IMG/VR virus record: IMGVR_UViG_3300029002_000085
From: a virus
Length of the DNA: 64,000 bases
Direction: 5' to 3' (one strand)
Positions 11,194-21,432 of this stretch are shown here, piece by piece. The notes beneath the pieces were generated by a model. It worked only from the letters and a program-made list of their open reading frames with translations, searched no databases and had not been told where the DNA came from. The position numbers and the translations under genes were made by a program. Numbering within the stretch: the first letter of the stretch is position 1; each line of letters begins with the position of its first letter.

Positions 11194-11673
11194 TTAAAAT
11201 CGGCTATATAATTCATGCCATATCATTTTTCGTCCGGAAGAGATACGACTTCTTACAGTTCCAACAGGAATGTTCAGGATTTCACTTATCTCATCATAAG
11301 AATATCCACTAGCATAATACATCACACTATCAATACAACGGGATTTTTTAGCACACCGTTGTATTGTGGAAACCAAATCATCAAACAGTATTGAATGAGC
11401 TGTACAGTTAGAAATAGCACTTCCGTCTACCATATCAAGCCCTGTAAAATGTATAAGGGAATTTCTATTGTATCTTATTATATAAGTATTCCTCATTATA
11501 ATAAGGCACCACGGTTGAAGTGGTTTAGAACAATCAAATTTATCACGATTCACAAGTAGCTTATAAACTGTATCACCAGCTAAGTCTTCAGCATCTTGTA
11601 TGGAACAGCAGAATTTTCTTGCCACCTTTAATATCCAAGGATATATTTCTGATAATTCCTTTTCAAAGTCCAT
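11194..11673 (-). CDS. Sigma-70 family (ECF-like) RNA polymerase sigma factor
   Basis: Region-2-like segment DAEDLAGDTVYKLLVNRDKF and region-4 HTH YDEISEILNIPVGTVRSRISSGRKM; 159 aa. Confidence 0.6.
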   Translation of the reverse strand: MDFEKELSEIYPWILKVARKFCCSIQDAEDLAGDTVYKLLVNRDKFDCSKPLQPWCLIIMRNTYIIRYNRNSLIHFTGLDMVDGSAISNCTAHSILFDDLVSTIQRCAKKSRCIDSVMYYASGYSYDEISEILNIPVGTVRSRISSGRKMIWHELYSRF

Positions 11674-11950
11674 TGTCAGCCCTCCTTATCAGGTGTATCC
11701 TCGGTTCGCCATTAATGCACCTTTCCACGTATTCCCGGTGCATGATACTTTGCTCGTGCATTTCCTTAGCAGAACGCTCGATTGAACTAATAAGAGTGCC
11801 TATATCGGGGGGCAATAAGGCAATCATTTTTTTTACCTCGGACACCTCTGCTGTTATCCGATTACACTTCGTCTCTAATGTACGTAATTCTGACAATAAA
11901 ACATTGTATAAATGCCTATTTATACAATGGATGCTCTTTTTTTTATTCAT
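11663..11950 (-). CDS. Hypothetical small protein upstream of the sigma factor gene (start probably at the internal Met, MNKKKSIHCINRHL)
   Basis: The ORF track gives 11663..11986, but a terminator hairpin overlaps that 5' end. The ATG at 11950 follows the U-run directly. Confidence 0.3.
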   Translation of the reverse strand: MNKKKSIHCINRHLYNVLLSELRTLETKCNRITAEVSEVKKMIALLPPDIGTLISSIERSAKEMHEQSIMHREYVERCINGEPRIHLIRRADNGL

Positions 11951-11992
11951 AAAAAAGTCGTTTGTGATTCCAAAAGAGATGTACAAACGACT
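11951..11992 (-). terminator. Rho-independent terminator closing the tape-measure/193-aa transcription unit
   Basis: 10-bp inverted repeat aagtcgtttgt...acaaacgact (11956-11992), followed on the minus strand by UUUUUU (plus-strand aaaaaa at 11951-11956). Confidence 0.5.
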
Positions 11993-12058
11993 GTATGAAA
12001 TAATTCGCTTTAATTAAAAATTAATCGAATTACAGCATATATGTAATGCCCAATATTA

Positions 12059-12640
12059 TCATGTGCTTCTTTTTCTGATTGATATTTCAACATCAGCTTG
12101 ATGAACGATATTTGCGTAGACAGCAGCATTAATTACACGAGAATCTATACTCATTTTAAAGAATGTCATTAGAAAAGCAATCTCGGCATCGAAAGAAGAA
12201 CGAATTTGTTCAGGAGTAACCTTATTTCCTTTATGTTCCTCACTGCGTCTCTCCTCATTCCGTTTTTGCTCAAAAATTGCAGAATGAAGTAAATAATCAA
12301 TCTTCGATATTACTTGTTCATCACTCATATTTTGAGTATCTACATTTAGTTGACCCAATACCTGACGAACATCATCATAAAAGCCAAGAGAAACAAGAGC
12401 CTGACAAATACGAAGACTCAATAGTTTGGCACGTTCCTTCACCATATCCTCTTTGTCCATTATCATAGCCTTCATACTTGAGGGATTAACAATACTTCTG
12501 TATTCGACAAGTAATTTAGACGCTATTTCTTTAAGCGTGCTTTCGGACATAGATTTGCAGTCCGAAAGCAAACAAGCATAGTTTCCGCATGAAAGTTCAA
12601 TGAAATCATTCAAGGTTATCTGATTTAATCTTTCAATCAT
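12059..12640 (-). CDS. Hypothetical protein downstream of the tape measure
   Basis: 193-aa ORF; its ATG lies 2 nt after the tape-measure TAG. Confidence 0.5.
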   Translation of the reverse strand: MIERLNQITLNDFIELSCGNYACLLSDCKSMSESTLKEIASKLLVEYRSIVNPSSMKAMIMDKEDMVKERAKLLSLRICQALVSLGFYDDVRQVLGQLNVDTQNMSDEQVISKIDYLLHSAIFEQKRNEERRSEEHKGNKVTPEQIRSSFDAEIAFLMTFFKMSIDSRVINAAVYANIVHQADVEISIRKRST

Positions 12641-12642
12641 AG

Positions 12643-15600
12643 CTATTTCAATTTAGATAACTTATACAGTTCAAATTCACGGTTGGAAGCATCCTGACGT
12701 TGCATTTTTAGACTCTTCATTAAAAGGAGATTTGTTCTATCAACCCTTTTTTCTAACCGGGAATAATCATTGAAAACAATGGTGTCACCGGAAGAAGATG
12801 CAAAATATGTCGGTGAAAATGTAGGAAAGTCCCAATCCGGCATATCAAAATTAGAGATATCTATCTTATCAACATCAGGAAAGACTTGTGCACCTTTAGG
12901 AATATCAACTAAAGTTGGAGTAGCAGGAGTAATCCATGCTTTTCCGGAATACATAATAACTTCATGCTTACCAGCATCACCAACTAAAGCGGTACCGCCA
13001 GGATGCCTATCATTACCTTTAGTACCGTCTGCATAGGAAGGAATAGGAGTTGCAAGAATAGTTGCAACCTGAATTGCTCCCATGGCACCAATAACAATAG
13101 ATAAAGGAATATTCGGTAAAGCTTCAGTTATTGCCAGTGCAGTGGCTATTCCAGCTTGGGCAACACTAGTCGCCTTTTCCCAAATGGCTTGTTTACGCGC
13201 CATTTCTTGTTTTTGTTTTTCTAGTTCAGCATTTTTTGCTTCTGTCAAAGATTTTGCAGCACGTTTACGTGCTTCTGCTTCTTCTTCGGAAATAGCACCT
13301 GACTCTGCCAGTTTATCAACCCGTTCAACATCTTTGTCATATTTTTCATCATTAGCATCCTGCTCTTCCTCTATCTTATCAATTTGAGCATCATAAAGTG
13401 TAGAAACAAGATTTCCAATAGTCCCTACAGCTTGTGATGCAGTTTGCAACCATTTTTTGAGATTCTTTTGGCGTTCTTTTAACGCTTTATCTTCAGCTTT
13501 AGTAATATTTTGAATAGCACTTATCTGTAATTCTGCCTCCTTTTTAGCGAGAGCAGCCTTCAAAACATACAACTGAGTAACAATCTTAGTACGTTCTTCA
13601 GCAGTAATATTTTCAACGGTTAATTCCAGTTCCAAAGCTTCAATCGCTGCTTCAGTAGTCTTATGTGCATATTCAAGTTGTAAATTGTATTCCTCTATCG
13701 CATATTGCTCTTCTGTTATTAGCTTGGATGCTAACTTCTTTTTAAGAGCAAGCATATCCATTACATACGCAGCGTCACGTATCTCTTGCTCATGGGCTGC
13801 ATTTTCCGCAATCAATGCTACCTGATCAGAAGCATACTTTCCGTAAATCTCTTGTTTTTTCCTAGCATATTTTTCATCTATCAATATTACATCTTCACCT
13901 GTTTTCTCCGCTGCATCAATTTCTGCTTCACGTTGCAATTCCAACTGGTGCAATTTCAAATCAAGTTCTTCCTGGGACCCCTTTTTTACAACAGCAAGAG
14001 CGTTCTCAACATCCTTCTTTTCACGGTCAGAATTATACTTAATAGTAAACTCATCTAGCTTTTCCTGCATTTCCTTAGCTAAATTCTGACGTGTAGCAAT
14101 TTCCTCTTTGCTATTACCCTTGACGGCAGCAATCTTCTTCGAGTAAGCAACACCAATTTTAGCAAGTTCTTTCTCCAGTCCCTCATCCATAAGAGCTAGT
14201 TCTGACTCCTGATAAGTTTCATGAATTTTCAGCTTCTCTTTGAGAGCTTTTTCCTGTTCACGTTTTTCTTTATCAGTAAGGACTGTTATACCTGAACCAT
14301 TTTTGTCGTTACCCTTTGGACGGAACTTTTCTGCAATCACATCAAGTCCACGATTAAACTCATCGCTAGATGCTATTTTGAATAAGTTTTTAGAAAATTC
14401 CAACTGAGCCTTATCCGCTTTTTCTGCTTCCGATGTGTAATAGCCAAACATTTTAGCAGCACCATTCTTTATCCAAGACATATCTTCAAACTCTGATGTT
14501 GCATATTGAGCACGAGTTTTCATCCGTTTTAAAGCTTCTCTCTCTTGGGCCGTTACTTCAATACGTTTATTTTTCATTTGAATAACAGCTTTTGTGTATG
14601 CTTGTTCCTCTGTATCACCAGCATCAATAAGCCTCTTATATTCTGCCTGAAAATCTTTTTCTACTTCCAATAACTTTTTGTTCGCATCTTTTTTTGCAAG
14701 TGTTCTAAAATTATAATCTATCTTTTCTATTTTTTCTTCAGGAGATTTCAAATCATTGGCGATACCTCTTATTTTATCAGCCATCCAATTAAGAAACTCC
14801 TTAGCAGGTCCCGTTGACTCGGAGAAAGAAAGCATAAACGCTTCCCATGCTGAAGATAAGTTAGCAAGAGCTCCATGAACATTATCTCCCATCGTGTGAG
14901 CCATATCGCCCAATTCACGTTCTACACCAGTAATCTGTTCTCTAAGTGGTAATATTTTATCAACAGCGGTGAGAAAGGCATTAAAAGCGGCAACACTACG
15001 CTTATCAGTTAATTCAAGAGTAGTATTCAAGTCTACCCCTTTTTCTTTTAGCGATTTCAATCCTTCAACTAACTCAGGCAATGTTTTAACGGGCTTACCT
15101 AACGCCTTTGCCAGCTTTCCATTACTATCAGCTAAATTTAGAAAAACATTACGGGTAGCAGTAGCAGCCATTGAAGCATCAAAGCCGGCATCCGATAATT
15201 TACCCAACAAAGCCAAAGTATCTTCAATACTGAAATTAAAGGCTTTTGCAACCGGTCCAACAATTGGTAATGCAGTAGCGAGATATGAAAACGACAATGC
15301 GCTTTTGGTTGTTGCGACAGCCATCGCAGACACATATCTTTCAGTTTCTCTTGTATCAGCATTAAACATACGAAGAGAAGCACCTGCCAATGAAGCCGCA
15401 TCTGCTAATTCTGCCCCGGTAGCTTGTGCAAATTTTAGAACGTGCTCTGTTGCATCTAATATTTCTTTTCGAGTAAAACCTAGTTTAGCAAGTTCTATTT
15501 GCAAATCCGTAGCTTCGGATGCAGTGTATTTCGTTGTAGCACCCAAACGTTGAGCATCCGCAGTTAACTCCTTCACTTTATCAGAAGTGGTTCCTAATAT

Positions 15601-16554
15601 TGCAGCAAGCCTACTATTAGCTAATTCAAATTTAACAATATCACCTACTCCTTCACGCAGTTTTGTAAATAAAGCAACAACTCCACTAACAACAGCTTGT
15701 GCACCAATATATCCAGCTGCCCACCCTTTTAAACCAGCACCAACTTTACTTAACCCAGGAGCAAGCTCTGTATTAAGCATCCTACCGGCATTCCGGGCAA
15801 TAATACCCATATTCTGCATGGACTTATTACCGTTCTGTATCTCAACCCATGCAGCCTTTACTTCTTCCCGGTATGCACCGATAGTCATTTTCTGTTGACT
15901 ATATCGATCGGAATTTCGCTTTATGTAATCGGTATTGATTCCGATTGTAGAATTAAGACGGGCAAGTGTACGAATATAGTTTTCATCCGTATCTTTCAAA
16001 ACATCAACAGCCTTATGCAGCTGCTTATTCATTTCCTTTGCTTGTGAACGGCTATGTACTTCCTGATTAGTCAAGGTAATAGCAGTTCTGATAAGTTTTA
16101 AACGTTCTTCTTCAGATAAAACAGCTTTCTTACGAGTAGTATTACCGGCATTCTGCGCTTTTGTCAAGTTAGCTTCCGCTTTAGCAGCCTTTTCCAAGGA
16201 CGCAGCATTATCCGAATTTGCCTTGGTTAGTTTCTTCAGTTCAGCAGCAGATAATTTCTCTACATTTAGCTTTTCCTCTATCTTCTTACTGACAGTTTGA
16301 GTTATTTCAGACTGTTTTCTAAGAGCTTCGGTTAATTCAGCAGATGCAGAACCAGCCGTTTTTGCTTGAGTATTATAAAGATTACTCAACTTTTCAAGAT
16401 CAGCAACGCCTTCTACATTTAGTTTCAAACCTTTTGCTAATTCTTTGGCCGTATTAGCATAATCAGCCCTCACACGCTCAATAGTATTATCAAGCTCCAC
16501 CAATTTCTGCAAATCGCTCTCATCAACGAAATCTTTTAATTTTAAATCTGCCAT
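12643..16554 (-). CDS. Tail tape measure protein (1303 aa)
   Basis: Very long Ala/Lys/Glu-rich coiled-coil ORF with a hydrophobic Gly-rich core (KGWAAGYIGAQAVVSGVVALF). It sits after the chaperone pair and before the distal tail genes. Confidence 0.8.
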   Translation of the reverse strand: MADLKLKDFVDESDLQKLVELDNTIERVRADYANTAKELAKGLKLNVEGVADLEKLSNLYNTQAKTAGSASAELTEALRKQSEITQTVSKKIEEKLNVEKLSAAELKKLTKANSDNAASLEKAAKAEANLTKAQNAGNTTRKKAVLSEEERLKLIRTAITLTNQEVHSRSQAKEMNKQLHKAVDVLKDTDENYIRTLARLNSTIGINTDYIKRNSDRYSQQKMTIGAYREEVKAAWVEIQNGNKSMQNMGIIARNAGRMLNTELAPGLSKVGAGLKGWAAGYIGAQAVVSGVVALFTKLREGVGDIVKFELANSRLAAILGTTSDKVKELTADAQRLGATTKYTASEATDLQIELAKLGFTRKEILDATEHVLKFAQATGAELADAASLAGASLRMFNADTRETERYVSAMAVATTKSALSFSYLATALPIVGPVAKAFNFSIEDTLALLGKLSDAGFDASMAATATRNVFLNLADSNGKLAKALGKPVKTLPELVEGLKSLKEKGVDLNTTLELTDKRSVAAFNAFLTAVDKILPLREQITGVERELGDMAHTMGDNVHGALANLSSAWEAFMLSFSESTGPAKEFLNWMADKIRGIANDLKSPEEKIEKIDYNFRTLAKKDANKKLLEVEKDFQAEYKRLIDAGDTEEQAYTKAVIQMKNKRIEVTAQEREALKRMKTRAQYATSEFEDMSWIKNGAAKMFGYYTSEAEKADKAQLEFSKNLFKIASSDEFNRGLDVIAEKFRPKGNDKNGSGITVLTDKEKREQEKALKEKLKIHETYQESELALMDEGLEKELAKIGVAYSKKIAAVKGNSKEEIATRQNLAKEMQEKLDEFTIKYNSDREKKDVENALAVVKKGSQEELDLKLHQLELQREAEIDAAEKTGEDVILIDEKYARKKQEIYGKYASDQVALIAENAAHEQEIRDAAYVMDMLALKKKLASKLITEEQYAIEEYNLQLEYAHKTTEAAIEALELELTVENITAEERTKIVTQLYVLKAALAKKEAELQISAIQNITKAEDKALKERQKNLKKWLQTASQAVGTIGNLVSTLYDAQIDKIEEEQDANDEKYDKDVERVDKLAESGAISEEEAEARKRAAKSLTEAKNAELEKQKQEMARKQAIWEKATSVAQAGIATALAITEALPNIPLSIVIGAMGAIQVATILATPIPSYADGTKGNDRHPGGTALVGDAGKHEVIMYSGKAWITPATPTLVDIPKGAQVFPDVDKIDISNFDMPDWDFPTFSPTYFASSSGDTIVFNDYSRLEKRVDRTNLLLMKSLKMQRQDASNREFELYKLSKLK

Positions 16555-16556
16555 AA

Positions 16557-16745
16557 TTACAGGTAATGTCTATATTCAACAATCTTTCCTTTTATCTCAA
16601 TTCCTAGTTTATCAAAAGCATAGGTACCATCTTCTTTCTGATAAACGACATACATGCAACCATCCAAGACAGCTGCTTTCTTTGCAAGATCACTGATACG
16701 TTCCAGTTCACTCTGCATCTTTCTTATTTCGCAACTACAAGCCAT
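16557..16745 (-). CDS. Small ORF (62 aa) directly after, and in frame with, the tail chaperone gene; possible chaperone extension
   Basis: Same frame as 16749..17270, separated only by TAG plus one Lys codon. No -1 overlapping ORF of the usual G/GT type is present. Confidence 0.35.
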   Translation of the reverse strand: MACSCEIRKMQSELERISDLAKKAAVLDGCMYVVYQKEDGTYAFDKLGIEIKGKIVEYRHYL

Positions 16746-16748
16746 TTT

Positions 16749-17270
16749 CTACCGATATCCACATTCTGAAAAGAAACGTTCCATCCAGGGACGGAGATAC
16801 ATAATATTAAAGTACTCTTTAGCTGTATCACCAATGCCTAAAATCTGCTCACCGTATTTCTTCTCAATAGAACTACCGTCCGTAAATCCTTTCGTTGAAA
16901 ATCGAAGCCCGGAATCAATTCTATCGGCAGTTATGCTATCATAGAAAGTACCAGTAATAAAAAGGTTAGGTACCTCAACCGGACGCGGTGGCAAATAAAG
17001 CATCTCACTTCTAAGAGGCGGAGTTATCCTCTCCTTCCATCGTTTATATTGTTCCGCACGGTTATGCCAGGGACCAGGCTCGTTAAAATAGGTGTCAGTA
17101 TCATAATCAGGATTCAATAGATGTTCGGTACCGTCCAAGCCGGAATATAATTGTTCCTGAATACAATCAACGAGCACATTCTTATGTTCTTCCATACACC
17201 TAATACATTCCTCTTCAAACCCGGATGCAATGGAATGAATAACTCTATGTAATTCATCAAAATCTGCCAT
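16749..17270 (-). CDS. Tail assembly chaperone (putative, by position)
   Basis: 173-aa acidic ORF between the major tail protein and the tape measure. Confidence 0.45.
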   Translation of the reverse strand: MADFDELHRVIHSIASGFEEECIRCMEEHKNVLVDCIQEQLYSGLDGTEHLLNPDYDTDTYFNEPGPWHNRAEQYKRWKERITPPLRSEMLYLPPRPVEVPNLFITGTFYDSITADRIDSGLRFSTKGFTDGSSIEKKYGEQILGIGDTAKEYFNIMYLRPWMERFFSECGYR

Positions 17271-17306
17271 ACAGTAAAAATATAACGGGCCGGGCTGTAA
17301 TCACAC
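17262..17306 (-). terminator. Partial (attenuating) terminator between the major tail and chaperone genes
   Basis: GC-rich 7-bp stem cgggctg...cagcccg (17282-17306). The following U-rich tract overlaps the chaperone ATG. Confidence 0.4.
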
Positions 17307-17310
17307 CCCA

Positions 17311-17475
17311 GCCCGTCGGTTACTTAGTTATCGCATCGTACACTTCCGAGAGCTTCTTCTTGCGGTCAGCTTCCTTCAGTTCCTGCCACACGACTTTAAT
17401 GTGTGCATTAATAAACTCTTCCTTCGTCATGCCCTTCACAGCAACTTCGACGAACGTAACATTATCTACCTTCAT
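17311..17475 (-). CDS. Small hypothetical protein (54 aa) sharing an ATGA overlap with the major tail gene stop
   Basis: MKVDNVTFVEVAVKGMTKEEFINAHIKVVWQELKEADRKKKLSEVYDAITK; below the ORF-track length cutoff. Confidence 0.3.
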
Positions 17476-18311
17476 GACACCTGCTCGATACCTCTGATTC
17501 CTTTTTCATACAATACAGAAGGAGCTTTCAACGAAGGAACCGCCCCGGCTTTAGGAACAATGGTAATGATACCATCCGAATATGTAGCAGAAGTTACGTT
17601 ATTCATAACTTCAGCAGCACCATCAGCAATAAGACTGCCAAATTCTTCTGTACGGTCATAACCACCAACAACTTCAACTATTTTGTAAGTATTTTCGGCC
17701 TCCAACTTTTGAAGCACAACATCAACCAAGCCTTTAACGAAATTTTTGGGATTGAAGTCTAACTGCACGTAGTCAAAGTGCAATTGGCTGTCTTCCACAT
17801 CTTCATGTGAAAAACTAACAGTCATCGCAGACTTAGCACTACTGGTCGGGTACTGTGTCACGGTCGGGTAAACAGTAGACATCGGAATACCGGCAAGGAT
17901 ATCAGTGTCATCATTATAACCGATCAACATATTATCCTGATTCCAAAAGTAAACGTCCCATCCTTTATTGGCACATTTCAGAAGCTGGGCATTCAAAACC
18001 TCATCAAATTTCTTCAAAGTGAAGGTGTCTGTTTGAGCGCTTAGCCCGTTGTATTCACTTGCACCGTACCCTACAGCATTAACTTGGGGCTCTCCACCAT
18101 TCTTGGCATACTCCAGGAATGGCAAAATAGGGTAAATACGCCCGGGACGGTCTGCATGGCACAATTCGAGCAATTTCTCACCTGTTATATCAGCAGGGAG
18201 TTTGACACCATGTTCCGCCAAGATAGCACCTTTGACTTTTTTCCAGTCAATACTACAAGCAGAACTACCAGTGTTCATCCGGGAACCCTTACACGTTCTA
18301 ATCTTTCTCAT
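17472..18311 (-). CDS. Major tail protein (putative, by position)
   Basis: 279-aa ORF just upstream of the chaperones and followed by a terminator hairpin. The likely start is the internal Met (MNTGSS...). Confidence 0.45.
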   Translation of the reverse strand: MRKIRTCKGSRMNTGSSACSIDWKKVKGAILAEHGVKLPADITGEKLLELCHADRPGRIYPILPFLEYAKNGGEPQVNAVGYGASEYNGLSAQTDTFTLKKFDEVLNAQLLKCANKGWDVYFWNQDNMLIGYNDDTDILAGIPMSTVYPTVTQYPTSSAKSAMTVSFSHEDVEDSQLHFDYVQLDFNPKNFVKGLVDVVLQKLEAENTYKIVEVVGGYDRTEEFGSLIADGAAEVMNNVTSATYSDGIITIVPKAGAVPSLKAPSVLYEKGIRGIEQVS

Positions 18312-18880
18312 TTTCTTCTACAATTAAGATTATTAATTTTTATTTCCATCGAGCGTATATTTATGGCATCAATCGGCTCGCTCACAGCCTCACCGGAATC
18401 TGTATAGGCTCCGTATCTGCCATATGAATAGTTTTCTGAATAACTATGTTTCACTTTTTCGTCATAGTCGCAGTCGAAACGGGAATCTTCACATAACACC
18501 TCAAGCAATCGTTTATAGATTGGTCGGAGAATATTTTTAAAAGAGGTCGTTCTGCGCATCTCATTGCTCCACTCTTTACAAGAAGAACAGGCTATAATTA
18601 ACGAAACCTTTGCTTTTGAAAAATAATCCGCGTCACCTCTATCCTCACTAATTGGAGTGAATAGTGCAACCAATGGAAACTTCCTTTCAGACTGGGCAGA
18701 AGACTTACTGTATTCATCTAAAATATCTTTGATATATTGACTGCTACCGAAGATGTAATTCAACCTTGGGGACTTCACAACTTTAGTTCCCCCTTTCCCA
18801 TTTGGATAGAGGATTTCAAGCCCTTCTGGAAGTTCCTTCACAATCTCCTCAAACAGTTCTGTTATATCTAAATCTATCAT
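18308..18880 (-). CDS. Head-tail joining / tail completion protein (hypothetical)
   Basis: 190-aa ORF between the capsid and major tail genes; 4-nt overlaps with both neighbours. Confidence 0.4.
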   Translation of the reverse strand: MIDLDITELFEEIVKELPEGLEILYPNGKGGTKVVKSPRLNYIFGSSQYIKDILDEYSKSSAQSERKFPLVALFTPISEDRGDADYFSKAKVSLIIACSSCKEWSNEMRRTTSFKNILRPIYKRLLEVLCEDSRFDCDYDEKVKHSYSENYSYGRYGAYTDSGEAVSEPIDAINIRSMEIKINNLNCRRK

Positions 18881-19419
18881 AAATTGAAAGCATTAATTGG
18901 GGTCAAAAGATTCTTGGTTATTTGCACATCGAAAGGACAATCATTCGACATAGCCCATTCAACAAACTGTTTATTCTTCTCTACCATGCTATTCCATGTG
19001 CTTACTTGTCTCTTCAAAGGAGCTACATATTCATTAGCACATTTCAAACGGACAAGCCCGGTTATTGTAGCCTGGGTGTTTGCGTCACGAAGAATATGAT
19101 AAAAGACATAGTCAGCGAACGGTTCACACAGCTTCTCGCACAATACTGCATAGCCGGACTGGGATTCTTCCTTCTCTTCTGAAATATCAACTTCATCTGA
19201 AGAATCTTCCTTTTCCCGTTCAATAAGCTCCAAGTAATCTGTGATAGCTTGGGAAAGAGTCAAACCAACAACATTCCGGAGAAATTCGGGCTGAAATGCC
19301 TTAATATACCCATTTATCACCTCATTCACAGCAAGAGATTGGGGCGAAGGCATTTCAGCGACCGAAACATTCTCAATATGCCTGGGACCTGACATAAAAT
19401 ATGAAACATCAATCAACAT
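18877..19419 (-). CDS. Head-tail connector protein (hypothetical)
   Basis: 180-aa ORF in the head-tail joining block. Confidence 0.4.
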   Translation of the reverse strand: MLIDVSYFMSGPRHIENVSVAEMPSPQSLAVNEVINGYIKAFQPEFLRNVVGLTLSQAITDYLELIEREKEDSSDEVDISEEKEESQSGYAVLCEKLCEPFADYVFYHILRDANTQATITGLVRLKCANEYVAPLKRQVSTWNSMVEKNKQFVEWAMSNDCPFDVQITKNLLTPINAFNL

Positions 19420-19427
19420 AGCGATAG

Positions 19428-19850
19428 TTATTTAGAAGTCTTGCCTTTCCCGGTTTTCTTTTCATCTTCCACGGAAACGGCTTTATCATCTGTAACAGTT
19501 ACCTCCTTGGCATCTTCCTCTTGCAAATCTTTTGAATCGGCAACCGGAAGATTCTTTTCATCAGAAGGCACCTGTACTTCAAGTTCTGCAATGCGAGCTT
19601 TCATTGTTTCACGCTCTTCTGTCAGTTCAACAATTGTCTTATCTTTCTCTACAATGGATGCAGTAAGCCTGCCAATCTCTTCATTTTTCTCTGCAAGCAT
19701 ACATTCCAATGTCTTTCGGGCATCTTCTTCTGTAACAAGACCACATTCGGAAATAGGGATGAGTTGAATCATCCCTCTATTAATCCGAATGCGTTGCTCT
19801 TTAAGCACATTGGTTACATCCTTATCGTTACCTCTAAGTATGTAATCCAT
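19428..19850 (-). CDS. Hypothetical coiled-coil protein after the capsid gene (decoration or connector?)
   Basis: 140 aa with a coiled-coil core and a Lys-rich C-terminus; its ATG lies 2 nt after the capsid TAG. Confidence 0.4.
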   Translation of the reverse strand: MDYILRGNDKDVTNVLKEQRIRINRGMIQLIPISECGLVTEEDARKTLECMLAEKNEEIGRLTASIVEKDKTIVELTEERETMKARIAELEVQVPSDEKNLPVADSKDLQEEDAKEVTVTDDKAVSVEDEKKTGKGKTSK

Positions 19851-19854
19851 AATC

Positions 19855-21432
19855 CTACGCTTTAGTTATTGCAGTCTTCAATGCGGCCAAATCCCCATAA
19901 GCGAAAGCCCACGGCATATAAATTGGGAAGATAACTTCTTCTTGTGCCATCAGCACAACCTCATTGCAAAGCTTGGTCTCCACATCTTCAGCCCATTCAA
20001 GTGTCAAAGTGGTATAATCAACCAAATTTGCAGCTTGGTTAAAGTCACCTAAAAGATACTTACCTGGAAGAATACCACCATACTCGATAATCGGACGACC
20101 GGCAATATATTTCACCCCATCAACCATTTTAACGATACCAAGATTACGTCCTGTCGTATCTTTCTCTGATTCCATACCGTTAACAGTCATTGGATTAAGA
20201 ATAATAGCATTCGGAAAATACTGGGCATATGTCATTGCGGCGAAAGCTGTTTTCACTACATCTTCAGAGTTGGGTTCCTCAATGTTCTTAAAGCCGGCTT
20301 CATGAACACTGAATGTCATTTTATCCGTAGCCGTTTCAGCACCGGAGAACGCGACACCAGGAATAAGGATACGACCATCTTCCATTTTCACAAGAGCGTG
20401 TGTTTTGTTCAGTTCTGTAAGAACAGCGGCACCAGCGAACGTGATACTCATTCCATCAAGAATCAAATCCTGTGGTTCTGCAAACTCTACAATTACATCC
20501 TTATCACCGTTATATCCGGTAATAGCTTTTACAGCACCGGCGGCACCTGTAACAATGGCTGTACTAATAATCTTCTCTACAGAAGTCACCCCAGTATTAT
20601 TAATAATACCAAGCAAATTCTCACCATTACCGTCACCAAACAAAATGTTCCAGTCTTCTGCCATCCAAACAGCTTCAGGAAGCATGTTCAAGATGTAGGA
20701 ACGAATGTACACTCTTGATTTCAACATACGTTTTGAGATACGGATATGAGTACCAAGGCGCTTAGTTCCTGTCTGTATCTCTTTTACCTTGATACTTGAT
20801 TCCGGTAAACGACCGTTCTCTGTTACAAAACGGGCATTGCGGTTGAAAGCATATACTTGCGCATAGGCGAGTTGAGGATATGCAGGATCAGCTGTCAGCG
20901 TCGTTAATACATCACGCATATGCAACTTTTTGTTGGCAACCTGAGTCACAACACGTTTCTGTTGTTGAGTAATCAACAAATCACCGGTGTAATTGTCAGT
21001 CATGGAAACGACATCTTTCAAGGAGAAGCCGTCAAACTCTCCTGATTTGCGTGTTTTTCCTTCTGCGAAATCTCTGAATTTTTCAGAATCAAGCATCTCG
21101 TTCAACTTCTCATCGAACTTGTTGATAGCATTCATAGACAAGCCCTTTTGTTTCATTTTCTCAATACTTTCTCCAAGGGTCTTTACCTGGGCAACGAGTT
21201 CTTCATTGTCTTTAACCAATTGCTGGAACTTCTCATTGTCATAGGATTTCAGCAATTTATTAATATCGTCAAACTGTTTTGATACCTCATCCGGTGATGC
21301 AATTCCTTCAAGGGACTTGTTTACTACTTCACACATCATGCCGACGATGTTTTCCATAAACGCCTTCTGTTCTGCCGGCAAGCCGTCCGTTTTCAGATTA
21401 AAATCTGATACTGTAAATTTTCTAATTGGCAT
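19855..21432 (-). CDS. Major capsid protein, HK97-like, with N-terminal delta/scaffold domain (putative)
   Basis: 525-aa ORF immediately after the prohead protease, with an N-terminal coiled coil (KQFDDINKLLKSYDNEKFQQLVKDNEELVAQVKTLGESIEKMK). Position and size fit. Confidence 0.65.
   Translation of the reverse strand: MPIRKFTVSDFNLKTDGLPAEQKAFMENIVGMMCEVVNKSLEGIASPDEVSKQFDDINKLLKSYDNEKFQQLVKDNEELVAQVKTLGESIEKMKQKGLSMNAINKFDEKLNEMLDSEKFRDFAEGKTRKSGEFDGFSLKDVVSMTDNYTGDLLITQQQKRVVTQVANKKLHMRDVLTTLTADPAYPQLAYAQVYAFNRNARFVTENGRLPESSIKVKEIQTGTKRLGTHIRISKRMLKSRVYIRSYILNMLPEAVWMAEDWNILFGDGNGENLLGIINNTGVTSVEKIISTAIVTGAAGAVKAITGYNGDKDVIVEFAEPQDLILDGMSITFAGAAVLTELNKTHALVKMEDGRILIPGVAFSGAETATDKMTFSVHEAGFKNIEEPNSEDVVKTAFAAMTYAQYFPNAIILNPMTVNGMESEKDTTGRNLGIVKMVDGVKYIAGRPIIEYGGILPGKYLLGDFNQAANLVDYTTLTLEWAEDVETKLCNEVVLMAQEEVIFPIYMPWAFAYGDLAALKTAITKA

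Noticed and set aside
12643-21432. Possible TAG stop-codon reassignment (suppressor tRNA usage, as in some Bacteroidales phages)
   Set aside because: TAG cleanly terminates the capsid, tape-measure and chaperone genes, with downstream genes in different frames. TAG therefore acts as a normal stop here; only the chaperone/62-aa ORF pair is in frame.
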